Positions 9,550 through 18,977 of a stretch of 64,000 nucleotides of DNA are shown one piece after another; position 1 is the first letter of the stretch, and each line of letters opens with the position of its first letter. The stretch is from Rickettsiales bacterium. GTDB lineage: Bacteria; Pseudomonadota; Alphaproteobacteria; Rickettsiales; UBA3002. Both the position numbers and the translations under genes were made by a program. The stretch is taken from NCBI GenBank assembly GCA_037968615.1, contig JBBKVX010000009.1, positions 7,641-71,640 on the forward strand, in the 5' to 3' direction. Below the pieces are notes generated by a model. That model was not told where the DNA came from and did no database searches. It saw only the letters and a list, made by a program, of their open reading frames with translations.

Positions 9550-11226
9550 TTATTCTTCGATCGCGTCCCCTTCTTCGGGCTCGGCGGGGAGGGCGAGGGT
9601 GATTTTTTGGTAATCGTTGGCGCTGGTGCCTTTTTCCATGTGGGGGGTGCTGGCGATACCGTGCGCGTCGAGGCGGGTGGCGATCAGGCTGCTGCGGCGC
9701 GCGGGCAGGGAGCGTGCGTTGTCGAGCGGCTGGCTGGCACCCACGCGGTCGTAGGCGATCAGCTCCACTTGGGCGATGCCCCAGCGGTCGAGCGCCCAGA
9801 TAGCGTTTTCCAAATTCTCAAGCCCGGTTTTGCCCAGCGCGTCGGAGCCATAAGGGAACTCGATGTCAGCGAGGCGCGAGGTGGGGGGAATGATTTTGAT
9901 ATGCAGCGTGTCGAAGCGGCCGGAGAGGTCTTCTTCCATTTTGCGATACAGGCCGAGATTGCCGCCAGTGACGGGTTTGGGGCGGATGACGAACGCCGAA
10001 GGCGAGTCGCTCACCGGCGCCACATCGGCCGGGATGGGCAGCGCGTCGCGCAGCATGGTGAGGGAGTCGATCGACTTGCCTTTGATGGCGCTATCGACGG
10101 GCGAGACGGGGGCGGCGAGCGCGTTCTGCGGCACTTGCATGGCCAGTGATTTCGCGCGTTCGGGGTTTTTGCTGATCACCAGCTGGTCGATGGCCAGCGT
10201 CACTTTCCGCTCTAGCGCGGGCTCCAGTTTGGCAAGGATCGTATCCTGCGCATCGGTGTCGTATTGCTTGGTCAGCACCACGGTTTCGATGGTCACTTCG
10301 TCGTCCTGCCCGAAGGCGATGTGGAAAAGTTCCACGCGTGCGGGCGGGGTAGCCTTGGCGAAATAATCGCTGATGATGCCGCGTGCGGTGCGGGTGGTCA
10401 CGGTTTCCGACGCGATGTTTTTCAGCGAGCTGCCGAGGGGGAAGGAAAGGATGGCGAACACCAGTAACACCGCGATGATCTGCCATTTGCTGTAGTGCCG
10501 CGTTTGGCGCGTGGCGAAACCATACCACAGGGCAAGCAGCGTCACCGTCAGCGCGATGGCGAGCAAGTTGGTCATGAACAGGAAGAAGCTGCCAGTGGCC
10601 ACAGCGGCTTTGCCGGTGGCCAGCCCATAGCCCACCACGGCCAAAGGCGGCATCAGCGCGGTGGCGATGGCCACGCCCACCAGCGTTTCACCTTTGCGTT
10701 TGATCACGGCATAGCCCCCGGCAATGGCCGAGAACACCGCGATCACCAGATCCAGCAGGTTGGGGCTGGTGCGTGCTAAAATTTCTGGCGTCGGATCGTT
10801 CAGCGGCGACAGCGACACCAAAATGAACGACACCGCAATCGACATCACCGTGCCGATAAGCAGCGCCTCAAGGCTTTTGCGCACCAGTCGCAGGTCCATC
10901 ACGCACAGGCCGAAACCCAGCGCCATAATGGGCGACATGAGCGGCGACATAAGCATCGCGCCGATGACGACGGCGGGCGAGGATTGCAGCAGCCCCATGG
11001 TGGCCACGCCGCAGGAAAGCACGGCCATGAGCGAGTAGCGCGAGGTCATACGGCCTTCGCCGGAAACATATTCGATGATCTGTGTGCGTTCTTCGAAGGG
11101 CAGGCGCTGCATGCGCAATTTGCGGCGGATGAAGATAAGTGCGGCAATGGTTGCCACGTTCACCTGTTCGCGCGTCGGCATGGCTTGCTTAATGTGTGCA
11201 AGGATCTTTTCCCGAATGGGGTGCAT
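9550..11226 (-). CDS. DUF389 (TIGR00341-type) membrane protein with long soluble C-terminal extension
   Basis: Core SPAVVIGAMLMSPLMSPIMALGFGLCV plus several further TM segments. I prefer ATG 11226 (MHPIREKILAHIKQ...) to the track start 11310, whose first 28 aa look non-coding. About 270 aa of non-membrane sequence follow the TM core. Confidence 0.75.
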   Translation of the reverse strand: MHPIREKILAHIKQAMPTREQVNVATIAALIFIRRKLRMQRLPFEERTQIIEYVSGEGRMTSRYSLMAVLSCGVATMGLLQSSPAVVIGAMLMSPLMSPIMALGFGLCVMDLRLVRKSLEALLIGTVMSIAVSFILVSLSPLNDPTPEILARTSPNLLDLVIAVFSAIAGGYAVIKRKGETLVGVAIATALMPPLAVVGYGLATGKAAVATGSFFLFMTNLLAIALTVTLLALWYGFATRQTRHYSKWQIIAVLLVFAILSFPLGSSLKNIASETVTTRTARGIISDYFAKATPPARVELFHIAFGQDDEVTIETVVLTKQYDTDAQDTILAKLEPALERKVTLAIDQLVISKNPERAKSLAMQVPQNALAAPVSPVDSAIKGKSIDSLTMLRDALPIPADVAPVSDSPSAFVIRPKPVTGGNLGLYRKMEEDLSGRFDTLHIKIIPPTSRLADIEFPYGSDALGKTGLENLENAIWALDRWGIAQVELIAYDRVGASQPLDNARSLPARRSSLIATRLDAHGIASTPHMEKGTSANDYQKITLALPAEPEEGDAIEE

Positions 11227-11333
11227 GGTCTCGACTTTCGAAAGGGGTGGGCCTCGGCCCCTAAAGGGGAAGACAAACGCAGTTCTTATCTCTATTCGTA
11301 GCCATAGCAAATTTTTAGCCCATAGGAAATGAT

Positions 11334-13631
11334 ATGAGCGTCACTGTCTCGCGCAAATTGTCCAACTCGTTCGAAGGCGCTTTGGCCGGGGGTGGCGATC
11401 CCGCCACCTCGCCGCTTTATGTGTTCGGCCCGTTCCTCCGCCTCATCGTGGTGGCGGGCGTGGCGCAGGTCACGTTCGGAGCCACGGTGTGGCTCGCGGT
11501 GTTCACGGTCATCATGGTCTCGGCCATGTACCGTCAGGTGATGCGTTGGGTGACCGACGGCAGCGGCGGCAGCGGGCTGAGCGAGGAAGAGTTCGGCGGC
11601 TGGGCAGTCAAAATCAACGCAGGCATCACCGTCATTGAGTACCTGCTCACCTTTATGGTGAGCATGGCCGCGCTGGTGACCTTCATCGCCGACCGATTCC
11701 CCATGCTCAACGAAACCATCTTCGGCCTGCAGTACCGCGTGTTCCTTGCTGTGGTGTTAAGCCTCTTCACCTGCTGGCTGGTCAATCTGGGCCCCAAAAT
11801 TTCGGCGCGGGCATTCGGCCCAGCCACTGCCGCCATTCTGATACTGCTGTGGGGCATGGTGTTCGCCACTATCTACACGGCGGGTTTCCACTTGCCCGGT
11901 ATCGACCTGAAAGCCTTCTCGCTCGACACGGTTACCTTCGCCAACGTGGCCGGGGAAACCGAGACCAGCTCCTACCTGAACCTCACCCTTGGCGGCTACG
12001 CGCGCATTCTCGCGCTGATGACCGGGGTGGAAATTTTTGCCAACCTTGTCGCGGCCTACGAAGGCAAACGCGCCGACCGCAGCCGCAAGGCCTTCGGTAG
12101 CCTCGTCATCATCATGGGCACCACGGCCATCACCATGCTCATCGTCGGGCCGATGATCCTGCAGGTCTCCGACCCGCTCAACACCCATGTCTCCGTCTTC
12201 ACCCAGACGATGGATCATTTGTTCCCTGCATGGCTCTCCTACGCCGGTACGCTCATTGGCGTGGCGGTGCTGCTCTCCGCTTGTGCGGCGGCGGCGCAGG
12301 GCGTGCAGAACCTGTCGCTCGGTTTGCGGTATCGCCATTATGTGAGCGCCAAGCTCGGTCAGCGCAACAAGCACGATGTGGCGGGCCGCCCGGTGTGGCT
12401 GATGGCGGTGGTGTGCATCGCCTGCTTCGTGCTGTTCGGCACGCATGAGGAAACCTACCTCGCGCTGTATGCGGCGGGTGTGTTCATCCTGCTCAGCATG
12501 ACGGGCTGGGCGGCCTCCAAACGTCTGGGCCGCGAACTGCGCGCGGCATTCACCGTGCCCAAAGCGCTCATGCTGCTGGGCACCGTCCTCGCCGCAATGC
12601 TGACGAGCTTTGCCACCGCCATCATTTTCGAAGAACGCTTCTATGAGGGCGCGTGGTCGTATCTCATCCTCGTGCCCGTCTTCTACGGCATCTTCAGCTA
12701 TTACCGCACCCGCCTTGGTGCCCCGCCTTCGGTCGAGGACCGGCTTGGGCTGGTGGTTTCCGGGCAGGGCTACCTGCCGCAGGTCATGGAAGGCGCGTCT
12801 GGACAGAGCGCGTCGTTCTCGCGCATCGTGGTGCCGTTGAATGGTAGCGTCTATGCCGAGCAGTTACTGCCCCTCATCCATTCCTTCGCGCGCAGTTACC
12901 AAGCGAATATTTCATTGCTGATGGTCGATGACCGCGAGGAGCGCAAGTCCGATGGGCAAAGCGAGTATCTGGAAGTGATCGGCGAAATGCTGAGTGGCGA
13001 GGGCGTCACCGCCAGCCACGCGGTGCGCAGTGGCGAAGCCTCCAAAGCCATCGATGCCTACGCGCAGGAGATCCACGCCCACCTCATCGTGATGGCCACC
13101 AACGAAATTAGCGTTGCCAACAAGATTCTGCCGGAAAAACTGGTCGCCAACGTCATCCGCAAAACGCTCACGCCCACCTTGGTAGTGCGCCCGTCCGAGC
13201 ATTGGCGCAGCCGTCATTCGCGTTTCCAACGCATCCTCGTGGCGCTTGATGGGTCGGAGGCGGCGGAGGCCGTGCTGCCCTACATCCGCACGCTGGCCAA
13301 GAAGTTCAACAGCACTGTGCTGCTGCTTTCGGTGCCGGAAGGTTCGGAATCGGAGGAGTACGCCACCACCATCCAGCGCTATCTGGAAGACATCGCCGCG
13401 CGGCTAACGCGTGAAGGCGTCAGCGTCACCACCTCCTTCTCCGGCTCCGGCCCCGCGCGCACCATCCTTGCCACCGCCGAGCACGAGAATTCTGACCTCA
13501 TCATGATGGCGTCGCATGGTCGCGGCGGCATTGCGCGTGCCAGTATTCACTTGGGCAGCGTGAGCGAGAAGGTGATCCAATCCACCCTATGCCCGGTCTT
13601 CATCGTGCCGCTCACGCGCAGCCACAGCTAG
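11334..13631 (+). CDS. APC-superfamily permease fused to two C-terminal universal stress protein (UspA) domains
   Basis: About 470 aa with around 12 hydrophobic segments (GGDPATSPLYVFGP...). Two USP modules follow: RIVVPLNGS...AHLIVMATNE and RILVALDGSE...DLIMMASHGRGG...GSVSEKV. Confidence 0.8.
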   Translation: MSVTVSRKLSNSFEGALAGGGDPATSPLYVFGPFLRLIVVAGVAQVTFGATVWLAVFTVIMVSAMYRQVMRWVTDGSGGSGLSEEEFGGWAVKINAGITVIEYLLTFMVSMAALVTFIADRFPMLNETIFGLQYRVFLAVVLSLFTCWLVNLGPKISARAFGPATAAILILLWGMVFATIYTAGFHLPGIDLKAFSLDTVTFANVAGETETSSYLNLTLGGYARILALMTGVEIFANLVAAYEGKRADRSRKAFGSLVIIMGTTAITMLIVGPMILQVSDPLNTHVSVFTQTMDHLFPAWLSYAGTLIGVAVLLSACAAAAQGVQNLSLGLRYRHYVSAKLGQRNKHDVAGRPVWLMAVVCIACFVLFGTHEETYLALYAAGVFILLSMTGWAASKRLGRELRAAFTVPKALMLLGTVLAAMLTSFATAIIFEERFYEGAWSYLILVPVFYGIFSYYRTRLGAPPSVEDRLGLVVSGQGYLPQVMEGASGQSASFSRIVVPLNGSVYAEQLLPLIHSFARSYQANISLLMVDDREERKSDGQSEYLEVIGEMLSGEGVTASHAVRSGEASKAIDAYAQEIHAHLIVMATNEISVANKILPEKLVANVIRKTLTPTLVVRPSEHWRSRHSRFQRILVALDGSEAAEAVLPYIRTLAKKFNSTVLLLSVPEGSESEEYATTIQRYLEDIAARLTREGVSVTTSFSGSGPARTILATAEHENSDLIMMASHGRGGIARASIHLGSVSEKVIQSTLCPVFIVPLTRSHS

Positions 13632-13641
13632 CGTTGGGCGG

Positions 13642-14886
13642 TTACGGTTTCGCAGCGCCGGTTGGCGGATAGGGTAGGCTGTCCTGCATGTTCTTCTGTG
13701 CCTCGGGCGGCACATGCGGGAAGAAGTAACCCGCATCTTTGCGTAGTTGGCCCATTTTGGCGCCGGTCTTTTCTTTCTGCGCCGATGAAATACCGTGACT
13801 GCGTTCCAGATAGACGGTGGTGGACGGGAACGCGAAATCGGAGCCCGCTTCAGAAACGATGTCCATGATGCGCAGGAAAATATCTTCGCGGATGGCAAGG
13901 AACTCTACCCAATCGGCACTGCGAATGTAGGCGAATATCTCGATGTTCAGCGCCGAATCACCAAAGCCCGAGAACCTTGCGCGGCCTTCGTTCTCGGCCT
14001 TGGGATGCGCCACGAACAGCTCGTTTATTTTCATGACGATGTAGCGGATCTGGTCGGGCGTGGTGTCGTAGCGCACGCCGATGGTGGTGTGAATCAGCAG
14101 CTTGTCGCGCGCCGCCATGTTCTCCAGCGCCATCTCCGAGAAGGCGGCGTTCGGAATCGTCACGCGTGTCCGCTGTAAGGTGCGAATGGTCACGGAGCGC
14201 AAGCCGATATCCTCGACCGTGCCAACATTGTCGCCGAAATTGATGAAGTCGCCCACGCGCACGGGTTGGTCGAGCGTCACCGACACACCACCGAACAGAT
14301 TCTCGACGGTTTTCTGGCTGGCCAGTGCGATCGCCACGCCGCCAATGCCCAAGCCCGCCAGCAAGGTCGCCACGTCGTAGCCCCAGTTCTGCAGCAGGAA
14401 CAGCAGCATCATCACGGCCAGCACGGCCTTCGCCAGTTTGCGCAGCAGCGGCAAAATGGCCGAAGCGGATAGCTTGTCATGCGCGATCAAATGTTCGCGG
14501 CAGCTCTCGATGGAGGTGGTGAGCAGATGGAAAAGCCCCCAAGTGATGGCCAGCGTTACCAGCGTACTCACGAAGGTTTGCAGGTTGCCTTGGAAATCTT
14601 CACTAAGCGGCAACAGATGCACCAGCGAGGCAAAACACAACGCCGTAACCAGCAGCCGTAACGGCGCGAACAGCGGGGTGATGTGCCGTTGGTAGAACGG
14701 TTTGCGCGTGCCGCGGAACGACCAACTCAACACAATGCGCATGCCGATTACCACTGTCACCGACACGAAATACGCGAGAGTGAAAAACGCGGGCAGGCAC
14801 AGCCACACCCAGAGGGCCAACGCGCCGTAATCCTTAAGTAGCCATGGCGCAAAATCGGCGAAATAAGGTTTAATTAATTCATTCAT
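13642..14886 (-). CDS. Mechanosensitive ion channel family protein (MscS-like)
   Basis: N-terminal TM helices, then the MscS beta-domain signature PVRVGDFINFGDNVGTVEDIGLRSVTIRTLQRTRVTIPNAAF. Confidence 0.9.
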   Translation of the reverse strand: MNELIKPYFADFAPWLLKDYGALALWVWLCLPAFFTLAYFVSVTVVIGMRIVLSWSFRGTRKPFYQRHITPLFAPLRLLVTALCFASLVHLLPLSEDFQGNLQTFVSTLVTLAITWGLFHLLTTSIESCREHLIAHDKLSASAILPLLRKLAKAVLAVMMLLFLLQNWGYDVATLLAGLGIGGVAIALASQKTVENLFGGVSVTLDQPVRVGDFINFGDNVGTVEDIGLRSVTIRTLQRTRVTIPNAAFSEMALENMAARDKLLIHTTIGVRYDTTPDQIRYIVMKINELFVAHPKAENEGRARFSGFGDSALNIEIFAYIRSADWVEFLAIREDIFLRIMDIVSEAGSDFAFPSTTVYLERSHGISSAQKEKTGAKMGQLRKDAGYFFPHVPPEAQKNMQDSLPYPPTGAAKP

Positions 14887-15002
14887 TCAAATACTTAAGC
14901 TCCTTGCCCTAGGGGTAACATGGCAAGGCTCAAAAGCCTATAAAGAATCCCACTTTTTCCCCCCAACGCCCGTTGGTCGCACTCAGCGGAGCTGACAGCG
15001 CG

Positions 15003-15481
15003 CTACCATTTCAACTGCGATTCGCGGCCAAGGAAACCCACCACTTCATTACCTGCCTCGTTGAAGGCAAGCTTGTCGAAACGGGTGGCCGCCTGTGCGA
15101 TGCCACGCCCATGGGCACGCCCCGCATGGGCCGGATCGAACGTCAGGTAATCACGCCACGCGAAACCTTCGCCGGGGTCGCGTACGCTGACATAACAGCC
15201 CTCGCTGCGACGCGTAAAAATCAGCTCGCATTGTTTATGGATATGCTCCGCCGACTGTTGGCGACTGTCGATTTCCGAACGCCAAATGCCCATCTCCAGT
15301 AGCTCGCCTTTCTGCTCGTCGCTTTCTCATCGCTGAGGGCTGAATGCTGTGGCGTTTGCGCCAGCACGGAATTGCCGGAAAGCTCCCGGTCGTCTGCCTG
15401 ATAAATGTCGGCGCGCAGGGCCGAGGGGGCAGCATGGAGAGCGGAAACAGGGGCTTGGCGATAGGCTTCGGACTGACTCAT
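15003..15481 (-). pseudogene. HATPase_c-type ATP-binding protein (anti-sigma/RsbW-like size), apparently split by a frameshift near 15294..15340
   Basis: ATG 15481 has a perfect SD (AGGAGG, 5-nt spacer). That frame runs off into non-homologous sequence (15221..15481). The G1/G2-like boxes DPGEGF...GRAHGRGIA lie in another frame (15003..15326, track ORF 15003..15293). Joined, the length is 159 codons, typical for this family. Confidence 0.45.
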
Positions 15482-15744
15482 AAATACCTCCTAGGGTTGC
15501 ATATCCAAAATCTATGCCTCTAAGATTAATAAAAGATTAAAACGATGCGGCGAAATGCATTAATCCACATAAATCTATTTTTTATATTAATAAACAAAGT
15601 GATAAAGATCGGCTGTGTTCGTGGAACATGCTTTTAGGCTTCTTTGGAACTTAGTCGACCCTATTTTGCAAAAACACCCATAGGTTGTAAAGCGAATACG
15701 CACTCCAGGGTTGCGCGCGGGGTGAAATCACGTCAGGCTGTGGC

Positions 15745-15990
15745 ATGGTTTGGACGGTCTATATCTTGCGTTGTGCCGATGGCAGCTTCTACACGGGCGT
15801 CACCAACGACATGGCGAAACGACTGGTGGCGCATGCGAACGGTAGCGGTGCGAAATACACGCGCGGACGCGGCCCGCTTGCTGTGGTGTTCACCGAGACG
15901 CACGCCACGCGCAGCGAAGCGCAAAAGCGCGAAACCGCCATTAAAAAACTCAGCCGCCTGAAAAAACAACAGCTCATAGATTTGGTTTAA
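15745..15990 (+). CDS. GIY-YIG nuclease family protein (UPF0213-like, 81 aa)
   Basis: WTVYILRCADGSFYTGVTNDMAKRLVAHANGSGAKYTRGR...RSEAQKRETAIKKL matches the GIY..YxG..R..E..IK pattern. Confidence 0.85.
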   Translation: MVWTVYILRCADGSFYTGVTNDMAKRLVAHANGSGAKYTRGRGPLAVVFTETHATRSEAQKRETAIKKLSRLKKQQLIDLV

Positions 15991-16057
15991 AGCTGGCTTC
16001 CCATGCGCAGGGAACTTGTGTAGAGAACAGCGTCCTTAACCGCTGAACAGGTCTGTC

Positions 16058-16600
16058 ATGCTCGAACTCGTCATCGCTCCCGATCCCATTTACAAAACCG
16101 TCTGCACACCCGTGCCCGTCGTCGACGACGCCGTGCGCGCCACGCTCGACGCCATGACGGAAACCCTGAAAGCCCATCACGCCATGGGCCTCGGCGCGCC
16201 GATGGTGGGGCTGACGCAGCGGCTGGTGGTGGTGGAGATGGAAGACGAAGCCGGGGCCACGCACCGCTACCAAATGGTCAATCCCGAGATCACCGAACGC
16301 TCCGCCGAAATGAGCACGATGGAAGAAGCTTCCATCACCTTCCCCGGCGTGTCGGCGCCCGTTACCCGCCCGGCGGAAGTCACCGTTTCCTATCTCGATG
16401 CGCAGGGTACGCCGCAGACTGTGCGCGCCACTGGTATTGTCAGCGTGTGCCTACAGCATGAAATTGACTATCTCGATGGCAAAACATTCGTCGATTACCA
16501 GCCGCCGATGAAGCGCGACATCATGAAGCGTAAAATGGAAAAGCAGAAACGCCTCGGGCTCATTCCGCACATTCATGGCGCGCATTGCAACCACGGTTAA
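16058..16600 (+). CDS. Peptide deformylase-like protein with degenerate active site
   Basis: Collinear with E. coli Def along its length. Motif 1 GIGLAATQ becomes MGLGAPM (Gln lost). Motif 2 EGCLS becomes EASIT (Cys ligand becomes Ser). Motif 3 HEMDH becomes HEIDY (second His ligand becomes Tyr). Confidence 0.8.
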   Translation: MLELVIAPDPIYKTVCTPVPVVDDAVRATLDAMTETLKAHHAMGLGAPMVGLTQRLVVVEMEDEAGATHRYQMVNPEITERSAEMSTMEEASITFPGVSAPVTRPAEVTVSYLDAQGTPQTVRATGIVSVCLQHEIDYLDGKTFVDYQPPMKRDIMKRKMEKQKRLGLIPHIHGAHCNHG

Positions 16601-18897
16601 TGGCGTTGGCGCGTGGCTCCTGAGCTTCCCGCCACGGTTTCTTCCCAGCGTGTTTCGCTTGCACTCGCGCGCAGTTTTTCAACATCGAGCGCCACGGACG
16701 GGCTACGTTTCGGGAGGGCGAGCGCGAAGCTGGCGCGGCCTGCGTAACGCGCCGTTAGTTCGTTTCCCTGCGCATCGCCGAGCTTATCAATCAGTGGCGG
16801 CTCATGTTCAGCCGCCCATTCCAAAAATACTTCGGCAGGAATCGAGGTTGGTTGGTCGATCAGTGTGCGCGGTTCGCCGCTACGGTTGGGGAATTCACGC
16901 AGCACGCCCACCACGAACGGGGTGAGGGAGCTGCGTTGCGCGCCTTGCAGCACCGAGGTTTCGCTGATGCCGTAACCATGGAAGCGCGCGCCGTCCTGCC
17001 GGGTGCGTCGCCCCACATCGCGCAGCAGGTCGCGGTAGGTGGGGGCACCTTCGCCCGCCGCTTCCAGTTGGAACAGGCGGTTGACATGGCCGTTCAGCAG
17101 CACCCGCTTCAGCGCCGGGTAGCGCGTCGTGTCGATGGGGCCTTTGTCCACCGCGATGGATTTCTTGTCGGGGTGGCGATCACGAATTTCGTTCACCAGC
17201 GCCATCGTGTCGGTGAAATCGCTGTAGCTGACATTGAGCGGCGCGCAGAGTTCCTTGAGCTTCGCGCGCGCGGGCTCCAGCACCGCGATGCGGTCGGTGT
17301 CGCCCGTCGCTAATATATTCGGTGCATCGGCCAAAATGCGCGCCACTGGGCTCGCTTCCAATTGGCGGTACGCCTTCAGCCCATCAAGAACATCCGAGCC
17401 ACCATGAATGTCGGATTTGCCCTCGAACCCATGGCCGCGCTGATAATTTTCGCGCAAATTCCCGTGCTCCACCAGCGCCGCCATCATAATGGCCTCGCCC
17501 AGCAGTTTCGGGCTTTTGCGCGCGGTGGCGTCGTTGGAGCGGGCGTTGGCCACATCCATGCGCCGCGCCTCGCACAGCATCGCTCCGGTCTCCGGCGACA
17601 GGGGAAGCCGCGCCACATACGCGCCGTCGTCGGTCAACGTCCAATCCTCATGAATCAATCCAAGGCGCAACAGATCGGCCTTCGCTTCTTGCCAACGTTC
17701 GGCGGTTATTTTGACGTCGAAGTTCAGCGCGTCGGGCGCATGGCCGAGCGCGGCGGCGCGGAAACCGATGTTGGTGAGCGCGCGGCGTTCGAGTTCGGGC
17801 GTCGCCTGCTGCGGCCGATGCTCCATTTCCTTATTGGAATGCAAAATGAAAATACCGGAATCAAACCCCGTCTCTGCCGGGTCGCGGTTGATGCGCCCGC
17901 GTTGCTGCACCACCCGCCATTGGGGCAAATGCTCCTGCACCAGCGCCGCCGCTCCGGTATCGTGTCGATCGTAGGGAATTTTTCCCAGCCCGTCGGAAAT
18001 CCCCGCATCCAGCCAGCGCAAATTCACGCCCGACTCGATGACGTTGGTACCGACCAATATTTTCGCACCGCCAGGCTTCGGGTTGGCGCGTGCTTTGTTG
18101 CGTTCGTCGGCCGGGGTGCCGCCATAAATTTGTGCCACTTCCACATGCGTCAGTCCTGCAGCTTTCACTTTTTGCTGCAGCTCATCAACGTTCTTTTCCA
18201 CGTCCTTGATGCCCGAACAGAACACCGCGATGCCTTTGCGTTGTTCGTTCTTGATGAGATCCACGGCGGTCTGCGCGATGCTCGACCCATCTTTGCCTGG
18301 CGTCTGGCGGCGCTCTTCGCAGGCCAGCGTTTGCCCCGCTACCGTATGCACTTGCGTGTCGGCGATGGGTTTCCAGTAACCCGCTTGCCGCGAGGCATCC
18401 ACCGTCGCGCTCATCTCCAGAAGGCGCAGCGCGGGGTCGTTCTTTTTGCGGCCATAGAGAATCGCGCGGGCGAGGGAAATATCCTCCGCCGCCTCATGCA
18501 CCTCGTCGAGGACAATGTTCTGCGCGCGGTTGATGAGACCCGAACTGATGGCGTAGCCATAGGTGACGAACAGCAGTTTTGTGTTCGGCGAAAAGCGCGA
18601 TTTCTCGCCCGACATTTCGCCCACCGCATAGCCCACATCCGTGCCCAGCGGCGACCCGGCCATGTTCGCCACGTTGCTGGCGGCGTCGATGGCAAGGAAG
18701 CGGCGCGGCACCAGAACCACTACTTGCTCATTCGCCGCATCGGCCAGTTGCGCGGGCACCATCATCGATTTGCCGCTGCCGGTGGGCGCGGCCAACACGG
18801 TGGCCTTACCCGCCATCACCGAAGCAACCACATCGCCCGCCACCTTGGCGACCGGCAGGTCTTTCAATGTTTCGCTCACCTTGGAAAAATGCGCCAT
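16597..18897 (-). CDS. DEAH/DEVH-box helicase (SF2) with uncharacterised ~350-aa C-terminal region
   Basis: Walker A AAPTGSGKS, motif II LDEVHE, motif III MSAT, motif VI QQRGRINR. The stop codon overlaps the stop of the convergent def-like gene. Confidence 0.85.
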   Translation of the reverse strand: MAHFSKVSETLKDLPVAKVAGDVVASVMAGKATVLAAPTGSGKSMMVPAQLADAANEQVVVLVPRRFLAIDAASNVANMAGSPLGTDVGYAVGEMSGEKSRFSPNTKLLFVTYGYAISSGLINRAQNIVLDEVHEAAEDISLARAILYGRKKNDPALRLLEMSATVDASRQAGYWKPIADTQVHTVAGQTLACEERRQTPGKDGSSIAQTAVDLIKNEQRKGIAVFCSGIKDVEKNVDELQQKVKAAGLTHVEVAQIYGGTPADERNKARANPKPGGAKILVGTNVIESGVNLRWLDAGISDGLGKIPYDRHDTGAAALVQEHLPQWRVVQQRGRINRDPAETGFDSGIFILHSNKEMEHRPQQATPELERRALTNIGFRAAALGHAPDALNFDVKITAERWQEAKADLLRLGLIHEDWTLTDDGAYVARLPLSPETGAMLCEARRMDVANARSNDATARKSPKLLGEAIMMAALVEHGNLRENYQRGHGFEGKSDIHGGSDVLDGLKAYRQLEASPVARILADAPNILATGDTDRIAVLEPARAKLKELCAPLNVSYSDFTDTMALVNEIRDRHPDKKSIAVDKGPIDTTRYPALKRVLLNGHVNRLFQLEAAGEGAPTYRDLLRDVGRRTRQDGARFHGYGISETSVLQGAQRSSLTPFVVGVLREFPNRSGEPRTLIDQPTSIPAEVFLEWAAEHEPPLIDKLGDAQGNELTARYAGRASFALALPKRSPSVALDVEKLRASASETRWEETVAGSSGATRQRH

Positions 18898-18977
18898 GAG
18901 TTAGGCATACGCTATTTTCAGGTTCGATGTCGCGCAAATTATTGCTCTTCCATCCTGCTATTAGCAGCCGGTCTGCG

